Position numbers and translations under genes: made by a program
Source of the DNA: Haliotis rubra
Lineage: Eukaryota
Length of the DNA: 64,000 bases
Direction of reading: 5' to 3'
NCBI RefSeq assembly: GCF_003918875.1
Contig: NW_025767491.1
Span: 248,001-312,000 of the forward strand
Notes under the pieces: generated by a model
What the model saw: only the letters and a program-made list of their open reading frames with translations
The model's database searches: none
What the model was told of the DNA's origin: nothing
Shown here: positions 37,044 to 50,050 of the stretch, one piece after another
Layout: each line of letters opens with the position of its first letter
Numbering within the stretch: position 1 is the stretch's first letter

Positions 37044-38744
37044 TTTGATGTCTGTAGATAAGTGAATACTCATGCCTTAGATCGGCCATAATGGCAGGGA
37101 TATAGGTGAAAATATTCGTAGTAATATACGCATACAACAAAGAAAAGTCCTATCCTAAAATAAATTCGTGTCTTTTGCAATATTCTTTTTAACGTTAAAT
37201 TAATGCCACACGGGTTCATGTGTTGTCCACATCAAGATGCACGGTCAAACTGCTAAATCTGTTCAGGACATTATCAAAATTGCATAATCTGTCATTGTAT
37301 GTTTTGTTGAGAGTCACATTCTGACAAACAAACCAAGAATTTTATTCAAATTAACGGAAACACAGTGAGATATATACTAATGAACATACCGATTTCGTCT
37401 TTCTCCGACGTTTAAAAACACATAAAACACATAAAATGGTGTACTTTTTTCCGTAATTTCATAACATTTGACGAAAGGTTAGCATCCTGTTAATGGTGCA
37501 ACATTAGTCAGAATACATCTACAAACAGGAGAATAGAGGAATCTAAACACTAGATAGGGTCATCAAGTTTGCTATTACGTCCTTCGTGTTGTATGCTATC
37601 ATCATTTCTTGTCACTTGTGATACTACCAATACCTTAAACGTATACTGTTACAAGGATTCTTTGCATTGGAATAGTTTTGGTCCTCATGAACAAAACCTC
37701 ACGAAAATATAGTGACCTTATCCAAAGCAAATTGTCTCCAGGAGTTACAATTACCACGTGTTAAACCTAGCGAAGTTAAGCTCCCATGTCTTTATGCGTG
37801 TGTGATCTCTCAGTCGTCGTTTGACGTCATAGAAGAAAACAAAATATATTTTCATCATCACTGACAAGCCGTTATCTATACTGAATGTATAACGTTACAC
37901 ATGAGAATACAAATCCATTTGATATATACGAATGATGTTCAAATACCAGGCAGTATTTTGTTCGCTCACAGTTTACGTGAAGATGCCAAATAAAAGGAAA
38001 TCGTCGCAGAGTGCTTTCATCGGTCTACGAGAAAAAGGGAAGAGATTTACTGTTACGATATACTAAGACCTAGCAATTTCTATTTTTCAAACTGCCGAAG
38101 TATTTGCACTTGCATCTACACCATAGGGAATTACATATTCTACACTAACGCGTAATTTCACAGCTGTGGTTAGATCCAGGGCCGTACGAGCGTAATTCTG
38201 GCATAACGCTCACTTTTCAGACCTTATGATAACTGTGCGTCAGAAAAAACCCACACAACTCTGATCGACTGTGTCGTTATATTGTGTCTGAGAGGTGTAT
38301 TCATATCAATCGTATCTCACTTGGTCCGAACAAGTGAAAACAACGATACATACAAATGCACGCATGCGCAAACACACAACTGTAACTGCAATCATCCTGA
38401 CGGTGAAACCTATTTCAGCAATTCGTCCTCAAGACTGGGTTTCCAGATTAGCGGGGTATGCACAAGGAAAGGTCTACCGCTTTGAGGACATATTGTTTAC
38501 ATGCACACTCAGGTTACGTGCGGTAACCAATGTTCCCCACGACGGAAAACCTAAACGTTCTTTACAAGAGTGATTAATGACACCCTCTCAGAGGGTAGCC
38601 TAGCATTGGGCAAACCTGACACGAACACTAATCTCATTATCAGGAGGGAATATCGATGTCACTATTATATATTATCACAATATATATTATGTTACATGAC
38701 TAGGTTGCAGTGCCACAAAATCATTACGACAATCGCATACCCCT

Positions 38745-39330
38745 AGTATAATGGGTAGCAGGAAAAAAGAACTTGTAATAATGGGAGTACCAGGAAAAAT
38801 GAATTTGTAATGTTAAGAAAAGATAATTAGTAATATTATGGGTAGCAGGAAAAAGAACTTGTAATTGTAATATTCGGAAAAGATAATTTGTAATATTAGA
38901 GGTAGCAGGAAAAAAGAACTTGTGATATGGGGATAACAGAAAGAAAGAACTTGTAATATTAGGGTAGCAGAAAACAAAAAAAGAACTTGTAATATTCGGA
39001 AAAGATAATTTGTAATATTAGGCTAGCAGAAAAAAGAACTTGTAATATTCGGGTAGCAGAAAACAAAAAAAGAACTTGTAATATTCGGAAAAGATAATTT
39101 GTAATATTAGGGTAGCAGAAAAAAGAACTTGTAATATTCGGGTAGCAGAAAACGAAAAAAGAACTTGTAATATTCGGAAAAGATAATTTGTAATATTAGG
39201 GTAGCAGAAAAAAGAACTTGTAATATTCGGAAAAGATAACTTGTAATAATATTATTAGAGTTAAAAAACTTGGGAAAAAACTTTTAATATTAAAGTTGCA
39301 GCATAAGAGGAACTTGTAATTTTAGGGGTA
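38745..39330. repeat. AT-rich compound tandem repeat (~25-30-bp subunits, ~89-bp higher-order period)
   Basis: GGTAGCAGAAAA..GAACTTGTAATATT alternating with CGGAAAAGATAATTTGTAATATT. Confidence 0.88.
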
Positions 39331-40300
39331 ACGCTTTTCGTATCAGAAATGACGATAGTAATGTGGACAACAGGACAGCCGACTGGCAAGCTGCGCCCAC
39401 CAAATTACTATATTTAGCTCCGTAATCTCCCACCCTGCATACAATGTCTGGCTAACTCTTTGTGGAGGCTCAGCGACTGTAATAATTCCTAAAGACTAAA
39501 ATCAATAATATATTGCGGTCGCTACTCTACTGCTAACCACACACAACCGTAATTCAAAAGAACTATCAACACAGGCCCGCTTCGAAATCTGTTACGATTA
39601 AATCTTCACCTCCCACTGTCCCTGGGGAATTATTTAAATATAAGCTGAAATATTTTTGTGTCCTTTAAACTGATAAGCCCAAACCTTCTTCAACAATCAA
39701 CCAAAGTATCATTGTGGGTATGTAGACCTTGTGGTGTATAAATGTATAATAGGGACTGTGATTAACGCCCTGTCCGAGGTTGTATCCATTGCGTGTGTAT
39801 TCTAACCACCAATATCGATCGGGCTAGAGTGTAAACAAATGTAATACCTGAATATTTCAGGAGGAAGATTACAGCAAGCGGTGGTCATTATAGACGATAA
39901 GCTGCCCAACTCGCTAGCAGCGACTGACAACATATATATAATATTCTCCCTACACTATACTTATATGTAGATCAATACCCGATACAGTCATCAATAATAA
40001 ATGTTATATACTACTGGTTTGACTGCGGAGATCATATGTAAGGCATTAGCACCTGCCGTGCAGCCCAATACCTCGACATACTGTACAGTTAGTGAATATG
40101 GTGGGAAGGTATGCTATGATATCGTCTCTTATAACTAATTCATGGCACAGCGGGCACTTTGTATCGTAAATGGCAGCTATTATGGAGATATTGTTTACTT
40201 ACAGGTGTCGAAGATTCCTCACGAGCGTCGCTGGTCGTTATGGTATCGATGTTTATTGCCTCTTTGATCGGAGAGGTTATACAAGGGAGATAATCACAGT

Positions 40301-41410
40301 CACCTTCCCGGTTGCGTGTACGGTCTTGTTTCTCGCGTGTTAATTACAAAGAAGTCATTGTTGTTCAGTTTATGAGATATCTAAGTGCTATTTGAGCTGC
40401 ACATTTACTGATACACTTTTCTGGTAATTTGTGTTTCGTTTACATTTCTCAAANNNNNNNNNNNNNNNNNNNNNNNNNNNNNNNNNNNNNNNNNNNNNNN
40501 NNNNNNNNNNNNNNNNNNNNNNNNNNNNNNNNNNNNNNNNNNNNNNNNNNNNNNNNNNNNNNNNNNNNNNNNNNNNNNNNNNNNNNNNNNNNCACCTTCC
40601 CGGTTGCGTGTACGGTCTTGTTTCTCGCGTGTTAATTACAAAGAAGTCATTGTTGTTCAGTTTATGAGATATCTAAGTGCTATTTGAGCTGCACATTTAC
40701 TGATACACTTTTCTGGTAATTTGTGTTTCGTTTACATTTCTCAAATNNNNNNNNNNNNNNNNNNNNNNNNNNNNNNNNNNNNNNNNNNNNNNNNNNNNNN
40801 NNNNNNNNNNNNNNNNNNNNNNNNNNNNNNNNNNNNNNNNNNNNNNNNNNNNNNNNNNNNNNNNNNNNNNNNNNNNNNNNNNNNNNNNNNNNNNNNNNNN
40901 NNNNCACCTTCCCGGTTGCGTGTACGGTCTTGTTTCTCGCGTGTTAATTACAAAGAAGTCATTGTTGTTCAGTTTATGAGATATCTAAGTGCTATTTGAT
41001 GCACATTTACTGATACACTTTTCTGGTAATTTGTCGTTTACATTTCTCAAATATCTCCTATTCAGGTCTCCAATGAATGAATGAATGAATGTGACGGTCT
41101 TGAATTTCTGAATGAATGAATGTTAATTACAAAATGAATGAATCATTTCCCGTTGTTCAGTTTATTTATGAGATATCTAAGTGCTATTTGAGCTGCACAT
41201 TTACTGATACACTTTTCTGGTAATTTGTGTTTCGTTTACATTTCTCAAATNNNNNNNNNNNNNNNNNNNNNNNNNNNNNNNNNNNNNNNNNNNNNNNNNN
41301 NNNNNNNNNNNNNNNNNNNNNNNNNNNNNNNNNNNNNNNNNNNNNNNNNNNNNNNNNNNNNNNNNNNNNNNNNNNNNNNNNNNNNNNNNNNNNNNNNNNN
41401 NNNNNNNNNN
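40301..41410. repeat. ~153-bp unit repeated 3-4 times, separated by N runs (40454-40592, 40747-40904, 41251-41410)
   Basis: Identical CACCTTCCCGGTTGCG...CATTTCTCAAA copies abut the gaps. Confidence 0.85.
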
Positions 41411-41725
41411 CTGTGACAAATTCTAACGGTACTCTATGTTTGGAATCTATTATGCATTAGCATCCCTTAGCTGTAGCAGATAAACGGGTTGTGTGTTCGA
41501 ATCCCAGCTTATCCCCAATTTTGATCCTTGTTATTATTTGCGTTTGTACCAAGCTGGATGTATGTTCATTCGTCCAAACTCGATCATTTCCGTTAAGGGT
41601 TTGTCCCAGAATAACACCTGTTGTTCACCTCTGCCATGTTCTTTGCAAAATGATACATGCGCTTTACAAGCACCTGTCTGTAAAAACACATCCGTAAACA
41701 CACGTGACATGCATGGTTTAACACT

Positions 41726-41893
41726 TTATTTATGTCTGTAGATAATACCATATATCCAATCTAAGAATGACGAAACACGTGTATATACATCCGGGAAACC
41801 TGGCTTCCGGCACGTGGTACTGCCCCATGACGTCACGCCTGCTAGTGTATATCGCCCGTGTTTGTAACACACGAGAGGTCCACCAGAATCTCC
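41726..41893 (-). CDS. Serine protease last exon (GDSGGPLVC...SWG...PDVYTRV...WI...*)
   Basis: Ser195 motif; the TAA stop overlaps an AATAAA. Confidence 0.95.
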   Translation of the reverse strand, partial: GDSGGPLVCYKHGRYTLAGVTSWGSTTCRKPGFPDVYTRVSSFLDWIYGIIYRHK

Positions 41894-44800
41894 CTGAAGG
41901 AGAAAAATAGACGTTTTACAACATATGTGCGTATCCTTCTACGGTAAAAAAGTCATGATGCTTAAATTTACAAGGATATTGTGGTCTGACAGAAACCTCA
42001 TAGAAACCATGGCAGATTACTGATCAAAGAAAGGTATCAAAACGCATGATAGACAACAGGGCGCTTTATCTACTGGACCTCCATTGTCTTGAAGCATCAT
42101 GAGGAAATGGCACTCGTCTATAAACTCACCTTGCAAGCGCCAATTACTCCATTTCCGGCACAAATATTTTCTTCTTTAATGACCCGCCATGACTGATTAC
42201 AGGCGGCGGTAGGGACGATGTCCACCTGTAGGTGGCGCAGTATCCTCGAGTCCCCAGTATCTGAAGATGCAATGCGTGAGAGCCTTTGTACATAATTGCA
42301 TGCAGGAATGATCCCAATCCGAAAATAGCCAAATATCGGAAATTGTGTCTGCTGTCAATGTAAACTTTGTGTTCTATTCAAACAATATGGAATAACGAAA
42401 TGAATTAAATATCGGAAATACTGATATTATGGTCCAGTGTTGTCAGTTCGTCAACGTCACAATTTGTCCATTTTCGAACTGTGCAAAAACGTTTTAGCGT
42501 CTTGTCAAACGCAACAGGTCCGAGATGAAGCTGCGGTAACGAACTAGTCCAGTATAATTATCGTTATAAAATGAAGTACCCCGGACAAGGATTTATAATA
42601 GAGAGAAAATTCTAATGTCAGAATTTCGATTGCAAATTATTCATTAATATGGATTCCGAATGTGATCAAGTGGGGGGTTGTCTACCAACATATCACACAA
42701 GAGAGTATACAGTTCATTTTGTATTCCGTAACTTTCTGTGTGATGAAGCACATGGTGCAGCCTCTCAGTTTAGCTTCTCTCTCTCTCTCCTCTCACACCC
42801 ACACTGTCTTTGTCTTAAACTCTCACGCTGGCTCCCTCTCTCTTATCAGTAGATCTTTCACTCTGGACCAATGCTGGGGCGACCCTTGTCCCGAGGTGCC
42901 TTAAGCTAACCCCAGACGACAAGTATTTATAGCTTTATCCCCAAACACTAGCCCATGTGTCATAAAGGAATCTCCCCATTACCTTAAGTATTTACGGAAA
43001 GATAAACCTTAAACACCCTGTCACACGAAGAATATAGTTAACATGCTGGAGTAACCTTTATGTTCCTAGATAAATAGGTTAACCGCAAGATATAATTGTT
43101 CTATGATATCTGAACAGACGAATTGTGAAGAAGAACATCTATGCTAGAGCGGCTTTAAATGTTGCACCATCAGAAACATGCCCCACTGTTGAAGCTTACT
43201 CCTTGTAAAGCCCCATCCAGTGACGTAGCACCGGTCAGACTTATCGAACACAGCGGAATTATGGGTAGGGAGACAGATTGTCCGGATGTAGTGCCCACTG
43301 GTGTCCACAGGGCGGTCAAGCTTTATCAGGGCGATGTCGTACGGGTTGCCAAACTCAAGGTCGAACTTGGAATGCTGAAACATTGATTGGTAGATTGGAA
43401 GATTGATTGGTAGATTGATTTGTAGAATGACTGACAGACTGATTGGTAGATTGGTTGAGTGATTGATTGAGTGATTGATTGATTCTATTTTGGGGAGGGA
43501 GGGTGGATGGGTGGGTGTGTGTTTGAAAATGGGTGATAAAGTGACGGTGACGCTGAATGGATTTTACAAAGTAAGTGTAAAGTGTACTTTATTTTAATGG
43601 GATCTACAAGTCTGCGTCTCACAATATCTCTCACAATGCCGACTTCACACTTTAACTGTATCAAGCACGCTTTCATCATCTATCCATCTTTTATGATCAT
43701 TCGGAAAGACGATTACAGAGCCTATACCGCCAGTTTAAAGTACGAGAATTGCAACTAAAGATCACGCACTAGTTTAGATGTTTTCGACCAATTTCAACAT
43801 CAGCAAACGTTGTTTCACCTTTATGACCTGGCTAATACGTCTGTATTGCTCGTGTCCGGTCTTTCTGGACTTGTGGTGCTGACCAAGGATGACGGTCATC
43901 CTGCGGGGGGAGTACCTGAAGCACCACATAAAGAACCCATTGGTACGCCTGGTTCATGTCGTTGCAATTAAAGACCACTGGCACGCCATGCTTCGCGGAA
44001 AAGGAAGATCTGACTGTTTCAAATGTATCTACTAAATCATCTACGTAGTGAAATCGTGCACGTGTTATATATGTTAAATATAGATTTATATCATTTATAT
44101 TTAAATAAGTTTTATTTAGCATTCATTATTCGTGTAGTAAGTATGAAATACAAGTCATATATTGCTGAAATCATGGTTTATAACAGCATTTTCGTTGCTA
44201 GGAAACATTGCCACCTGCAAACGGCGCCATTTTTGTATTAGTTGACAGCGGTTCACGTGTTGTGTAAAACACGTGATATTTTAAAATTTCAGCCTGGTTG
44301 GTCTTTGCAACAAATTATGCATATACATTTTCGTTAATTAGATTGTTTGTTTCAAACGTCTCGATGTACATGTATGACCAAGTGTTGTGTCCACAATATT
44401 TCAATAGTCATGGGTTACGCAGCATGGTTGATTCGTTTTAGTCGTGAATCTCACAAAATTCAGATCCCAGTGCTCGCTACCGCTTCACAAAGATCTCAGT
44501 ACAGGGGCGGTGGGGTAGCTCAGTGGTTGAAGCGTTCGCTCGTCACGCCGAAGATCCGGGTTCGATTCACCATATGGGTACAATGTGTGAAGCTCATGTC
44601 TGGTGTCCCCTGCCGTGATATTGCTGGAATATTGCTAAACTAATCTCAGTCACTCACTCTCAGTATATATCATTACATATAACAAAAGAACTATCTATCG
44701 CGAACTCTCAACGACCAGGGATATAAATAACATGACATATTAACCAATCAGAAAGCAGCTTTCTCGCCTTCCATTGTGCACGATTAAAATAATATCGATT

Positions 44801-47800
44801 CAAATTTAACACACTGCACTAAACAATTCTGGAATTCTGATAACTGGCCGGCATTTTATGACAATACTTTATACGGGTTATGGAATATATTTCTGTTTCA
44901 AATGTTTATTCCACTGAAGTGGGGCATCAGTCGGAATCAGCCCGTAATTGTTGCTCGATATACCCCCTGGCATCCTTTTCGAGGCTGTATGCTTAGAAAA
45001 TACATTCTGACTGTCATTTGTTTCGATCTTGAATGCGACGCTCTGACTGTTCTGGTGCAAGACTGATCTCACATGACTAGGAACCTCAGAACTCTGTGTA
45101 TCATTAGCAAGAACTAAGATTTGATATTAAAAATATTTGGTTTATGATCATATTTTCATGAGATTGTGAATCCTATATTTTATCAACGAAGTTGAAGACC
45201 AGGAGCTCTTTTCACGAAGCAACCTTTACTAAGGTTGACCTTAACTCCAATTCTTTAACATTGCACTAAGGCTACCTTAGTGACTTACGATCACCATAGT
45301 GCTTTGTGAAAGGAGGCCCTGAATCATCTTACTTATGATCGTTAATATGTTAGTACCGTACTCGTATTAAACCACTCGTATAGAGAAGGCTGACACGCTG
45401 AAATATATTTATAGGACTGTTCAAAATCGTCGAGACAAATTCACAAACTCACCACGTTTCATGAAGAATATGCTCGAGAAATAGACATGCTGACAATTAC
45501 ATACATGTGGATGAACTTACTTCCTGAAACAATGAGCGGCAGTGACAACCCAGCGGCGGTTGATGAGGGACCCCCCACAGAAGTGTCTCCTCCTCGACTC
45601 GAGCGCCACCTGCCACGGCCACTCCCCTACCACGGCAGGGTCTCCACCCACGACCCGGGCCACCCGCCCCCACTTTCCTCTCTGTAGTCGGGGGATGAAT
45701 CCACAGTCCGAGAATCCTGGAACTGGAGACATGTTCGCATCACAGATATTCACTTACATTATATACAGTACATCTTATAAGGCGTACTGACCCGTGAAGA
45801 TCCGGGGTAGAATAGGTCTTCAGCAACCCATGTGCTTGCCATAAAAGGCGACTGTGCTTGTCGTAAGAGGCGACTAACGGGATCGGGTGGTCAGTTTTGC
45901 TGACTTGGTTGACACATGTCATCGGTTCCCTATTGCGCAGATCGATGCTCATGCTATTGATCACTGGATTGTCTGGTCCAGACTCGATTATTTACAGACC
46001 GCCGCCATATAGCTGGGATATTGCTGAGTGCGGCGTAAAACTAAACTCACTCACTCACTATAAGGCGTACTCTCATGTAATGTAAGTTCGAGTACCAATT
46101 CTCTATAATTTGAACACGTGCACGTGATTAATACCATAATGCAGAAAGTATGACACATATTGTATTACGATTCAAAGGTAAAACAAAAACAAAAGCGGCG
46201 TTAAGTTTCTGAAAACATTCACCGCTTTTTCATATTACTTTCTCATCTGTGATCGTCCTTCAGTTTCAGTAAACAGCTCTATACGTCATTCGATGCTTGA
46301 AATGTCGTGATTATACACTGCCGGACAAAAGAACGTTTTCGCTTGAAACAATTCACCCAATAATTAAGGACGTTATTTAAACGTCACTGAAAACAATCGT
46401 CTAAACACAACAAATGTAATCTGAAGCAGTGTAATGCACGTATCAAATACATCACCATGGAATAACCATTTCTCGTTTCATTCATTTCTAGATTACATCA
46501 GACATGGTTGTGTACTTTATTGCCCGGCAGTTCACAAGGGAGGTGGGTGGCTCAATGGTAAAAGCGTTCGCTCGTCATGCCGAAGACCCGGGTTTGATTC
46601 CCCACATTTGTACAATGTGTGGAGCCCATTGCTGGTGTTCCCCGCCGTGATATTACTCGAATATTGCTGAAAGCGGCGTAAAACTAACTGACTGACTGAC
46701 TCACCCTGCACCTCACATCGCTAAGTAGCGCTTTGCATAAGACAGTATCTTATTTCACACGAAATGTTCACAAACTAACGTTTTTCACCGAGCGGTAAGC
46801 CACAGCTAATTAATGACAGGCAAGCAAAGCACATGCTTAAGCATATTTCCAAACCTTCCTTTCCATTATCCTTCCCAGCAGCAGCGTCGCCGTCATCGTC
46901 GTTGATGCTCACCGTGTTGTTCCGATGAAGGGGTAAGCAGCACACGTCGCCCCGCCCACAATATCGGTCCCAACCGAACACCCACCCCCGACACCGCCTC
47001 AAAGCCATACACTCACCACCGCCTTGTGGACAGCTGGAGAACGGCAGGTGGCCCTCAACTGGTGGACAGGGAAGACGTTATAAACATTGTCACAATACAG
47101 TAAATAAACAGATCGTATTAATATCCACTCTATCTGTAGAGTATTAGAGCTTGATCCTTGCTTAACGTCGCTAAGACAGCGAACACAGGTATAGTGCTGA
47201 CTGACCATGGATCACTATCGGGATCATTACGCCTGATCAGCGGATCCTGTCATTACTAAGAGACACAACAGTAGCCTTAAACGACACACGTAAAGAAGGT
47301 ATGTATAATAATTGCAATACATATGATAATCAGAAATATTTCGATGTAGACAAATACTTCATGTCGTGGTGAAAGATAATCGAGAAAATAATTAATCTCA
47401 GACTGTCCAAAGTGTCAAGAACTTCAAACATAAAGAAAATATTCGTGTGGGTGTGTGAAGGAAAACATGCATGTTATCAAATGTTGAATATGAGTTTACT
47501 TCTACATTAAATATCAAAGCAAGTGATGTGTTGCAAAAGAAATTAATATCCAAGAGACACACGTGATAAATATATGCTTTCCTCGGTAATGTTCCTCTGT
47601 AGGTTTGATGTGTTTACATGCTTTGGTAAATATGTAGGCGGTGAAATGTGAAATCAAGAAACAAATGTCGGGACTAACTACATCATGATTCTCTTACTGG
47701 AACATGCATAATCATCATCATCATCATCAACATTATCATTGTGGATTTCATACAAGAAAACATTTTGCTTGACGTTTTCAGTTTTCTGATTGAAACTGAA

Positions 47801-48081
47801 TTGCAAAAAATAATTGTTCTATTGATTAAAAAAATATCAGGGAATTGTTGCTCTGAATAAGGATATTGATACATATGTTTATCGGACACGAAACGTATCA
47901 ACAACATGTTTACTTGCATATGAACTTATTTTATATCTAATCAATAACAAGTTTGAAAAACTAATAAAATAATAACAGAAACTAAAAAGTAAGTCCTGGC
48001 ACAACCAATTGTGCAGAAAAACGATGATGAATAGTTACCTTGTATGAACACAATAAGTATGGCTCCAGTGAAAATGAACAT
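41726..48081 (-). CDS. Secreted S1A (trypsin-fold) serine protease with N-terminal 6-Cys clip/defensin-like module, ~337 aa, 7 exons (whole-gene span)
   Basis: Exons 48081-48039, 47058-46855, 45716-45521, 43915-43819, 43374-43200, 42260-42130, 41893-41726. Signal peptide [17 protein letters not shown], activation site R|VVGG, catalytic triad motifs TAAHC, DIALI and GDSGGP all intact. Confidence 0.93.
42130..42260 (-). CDS. Serine protease exon 6 (TGDSRILR...NICAG...GACK)
   Basis: cttcag| acceptor, AAG|GTGAGT donor. Confidence 0.93.
43200..43374 (-). CDS. Serine protease exon 5 (HSKF...DIALIKL...ICLP...GWG)
   Basis: Asp102 motif, CYVTGWG; A|GTAAGC donor. Confidence 0.95.
43383..43484. repeat. 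(GATT)n/(GATTGGTA)n microsatellite next to the protease exon 5 acceptor
   Basis: Direct inspection. Confidence 0.8.
43819..43915 (-). CDS. Serine protease exon 4 ([13 protein letters not shown]...QVIK)
   Basis: VxLGxH motif; cttcag| acceptor, AAG|GTGAAA donor. Confidence 0.9.
44503..44659 (+). mobile_element. SINE family A
   Basis: A/B boxes, TCTCAGTA direct flanks. Confidence 0.8.
45203..45318. mobile_element. Harbinger-type MITE in a protease intron
   Basis: Homologous to 22750-22864, CWG flanks. Confidence 0.7.
45521..45716 (-). CDS. Serine protease exon 3 (DCG...R|VVGG...TAAHCFR)
   Basis: WPWQV, CGGSLI and His57 motifs; AA|GTAAGT donor; alternative in-phase acceptor 6 nt upstream. Confidence 0.95.
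45789..46058 (+). mobile_element. Family C, full length, in protease intron 2
   Basis: 13-bp TSD TATAAGGCGTACT. Confidence 0.88.
46538..46704 (+). mobile_element. SINE family A
   Basis: Similarity to the family, (ACTG)n tail variant. Confidence 0.78.
46855..47058 (-). CDS. Serine protease exon 2 (Cys-rich module plus acidic linker)
   Basis: [35 protein letters not shown]; phase-1 donor AAG|GTTTGG (3' boundary less certain). Confidence 0.78.
48039..48081 (-). CDS. Serine protease exon 1 (signal peptide [14 protein letters not shown])
   Basis: Hydrophobic run, AAG|GTAACT phase-1 donor joining to VEG. Confidence 0.75.
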
Positions 48082-49648
48082 TGTCTCAGAACAATACGAC
48101 AGTTGGCGCCGACTCCTAACACACACACATCCTCCGTAATGCTACATGTGTTTATGAATTATGAAATATGATGTCGGGAATTAAACACGCATCATTAAAT
48201 GTGAAGAGGACACAACACGTCTCTCAGCAGGTTCTCCGCTGACAACAGCGAAAGTCAGCAGTGTTCGTGCTGTTTATCTAAACGCATAGATTATATTAAA
48301 CACAAACCCATGAATATAAAAAAACACGTAATCCACCTTACATGGACAAAAGGCTTTGAAATCCAAACGACCGCAAGACGTATGGCGAGAATCTGAGGTG
48401 AAACGTTTGTCCATTTGTTAAAGAAAATTTGTTTGATACTGAAGGTTGACAGGTTCACATCACTAAAACTATTCTTTGTCTGAATAATTGATCTATTGTT
48501 TTTGCTAAAGTATATATTAAATCAAACGTTGTTTTTTTTATGAAACCAAATCTGTTATTATGTTATGGTTTGTTCTGTCGGTCGTGATGTTGCAAACAGA
48601 AAATGTATCTTGTTTCAGTTTTCATTTTTAAATTTCCAGGTTTATATCAATATTTTACAAAGTTCAAATCGTGCCTGGAGAACCATACACCGTGTAGAGA
48701 TCGAGCAGTAAATCAGTACAAATCAGTACAGTTCACTATAAAATGGGCACACTTAGGTTTGCACCACATTGTCAGTCAAAGGTATGGTCGTTTCCTTTGC
48801 CAGCAAACTCAAGTGCACGAGTGATCATGTTAGACTGACTGACTGAGTTTGGTTCTACGCCGCTTTTAGCAATATTCCAGCAACATCACGGCGGGGGACA
48901 CCAGAAATGGGGATCATGTTAGAAGAAAGGGACAATGGATCAGTTTCTCTCATGGTCAATATCACAACGTCTACTACTGCGATGTATATGGGTGTCTGAA
49001 AATGCAATGTACAGTGGAACCCCGCTTATGCCGACCCAAATATCCGCGAAAACGCATATCGAGCGACATACTACATAAAATGCATCGCAGAAATCCTTCT
49101 CAAGCATTATAAATACCGACACTGGGAAATGCACGGTATTGTGGTCCACTTCCCAGACAATTAACACCCTTGACGATGTTTGCTTTTGCAACTCATCACC
49201 CCTCATGCAACATCAAAGAATATTGTTCAGTTTCGGCGAAACCATGTGTAATATACCAAATCATAGTTACATTGTGTATGTACACTAACCACAAGCATAT
49301 TACTCTTATTTAGCTTTTGAAACGAACGTTGGTTGATAATAACTAAATGCCACACTTTGACTCATTTAGAGTTGCCGAAGATCAATTCTGACCAGGATCT
49401 TCACGGGTCAAATTTTCGTGGAGAAGGTAACAAGTGATTCGGACATCCGGGATGAGAAAAGGTATCAAGTCGCCGTTTGTATCTCATACCATACTAAGAA
49501 CGTCTTCGTGTAGTAATCCTTGTTTTTACTCTTTGTTCCAACAATAATACCACGCCCAGTGCTCCAGAATGGTGTAGACAGTGGATTATATACTTCTGTA
49601 AGATCGAGTAGTGTGATGTCCATTAGTGCTTTAACTGTGTGTTTCCAG

Positions 49649-50050
49649 TAGTGGTGGTCCGATTAACTGAAATAATCGAAGATTGGTCGCAGTGACTAAA
49701 CGACCAAGCAATCGATCATGCTTTCTCATAATCGAACACAAACAATTCTAGAACACTTGTTTTCATTAACAGTATTTTTCACTAGGTTGGTTTTGTCTGT
49801 TATATTTCATAAGCACTACAAGCTCGTGATTGAATTTATCTTAAAGACTCTAAGAAATTTATGTTCCTAACATACTAGTCATCCTTTAATGATGTGAAAT
49901 TTTGCCAAAAAACCCAAAGAACTACGGGTTTTTTCTTATTTTTTGTGCATTAACAAATGTCATACATGACACAATCAAATATTGTCGATGACTGATCTCT
50001 TGTAAAGACCCAATCATCAATTATGAGTTTTTAACCAATTCCCAACACTA
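49649..50050 (-). mobile_element. hAT-type MITE, copy 3
   Basis: 8-bp TSD GTTTCCAG. Confidence 0.85.

Noticed and set aside
40429-41460. ORFs containing X runs
   Set aside because: Produced by N gaps.
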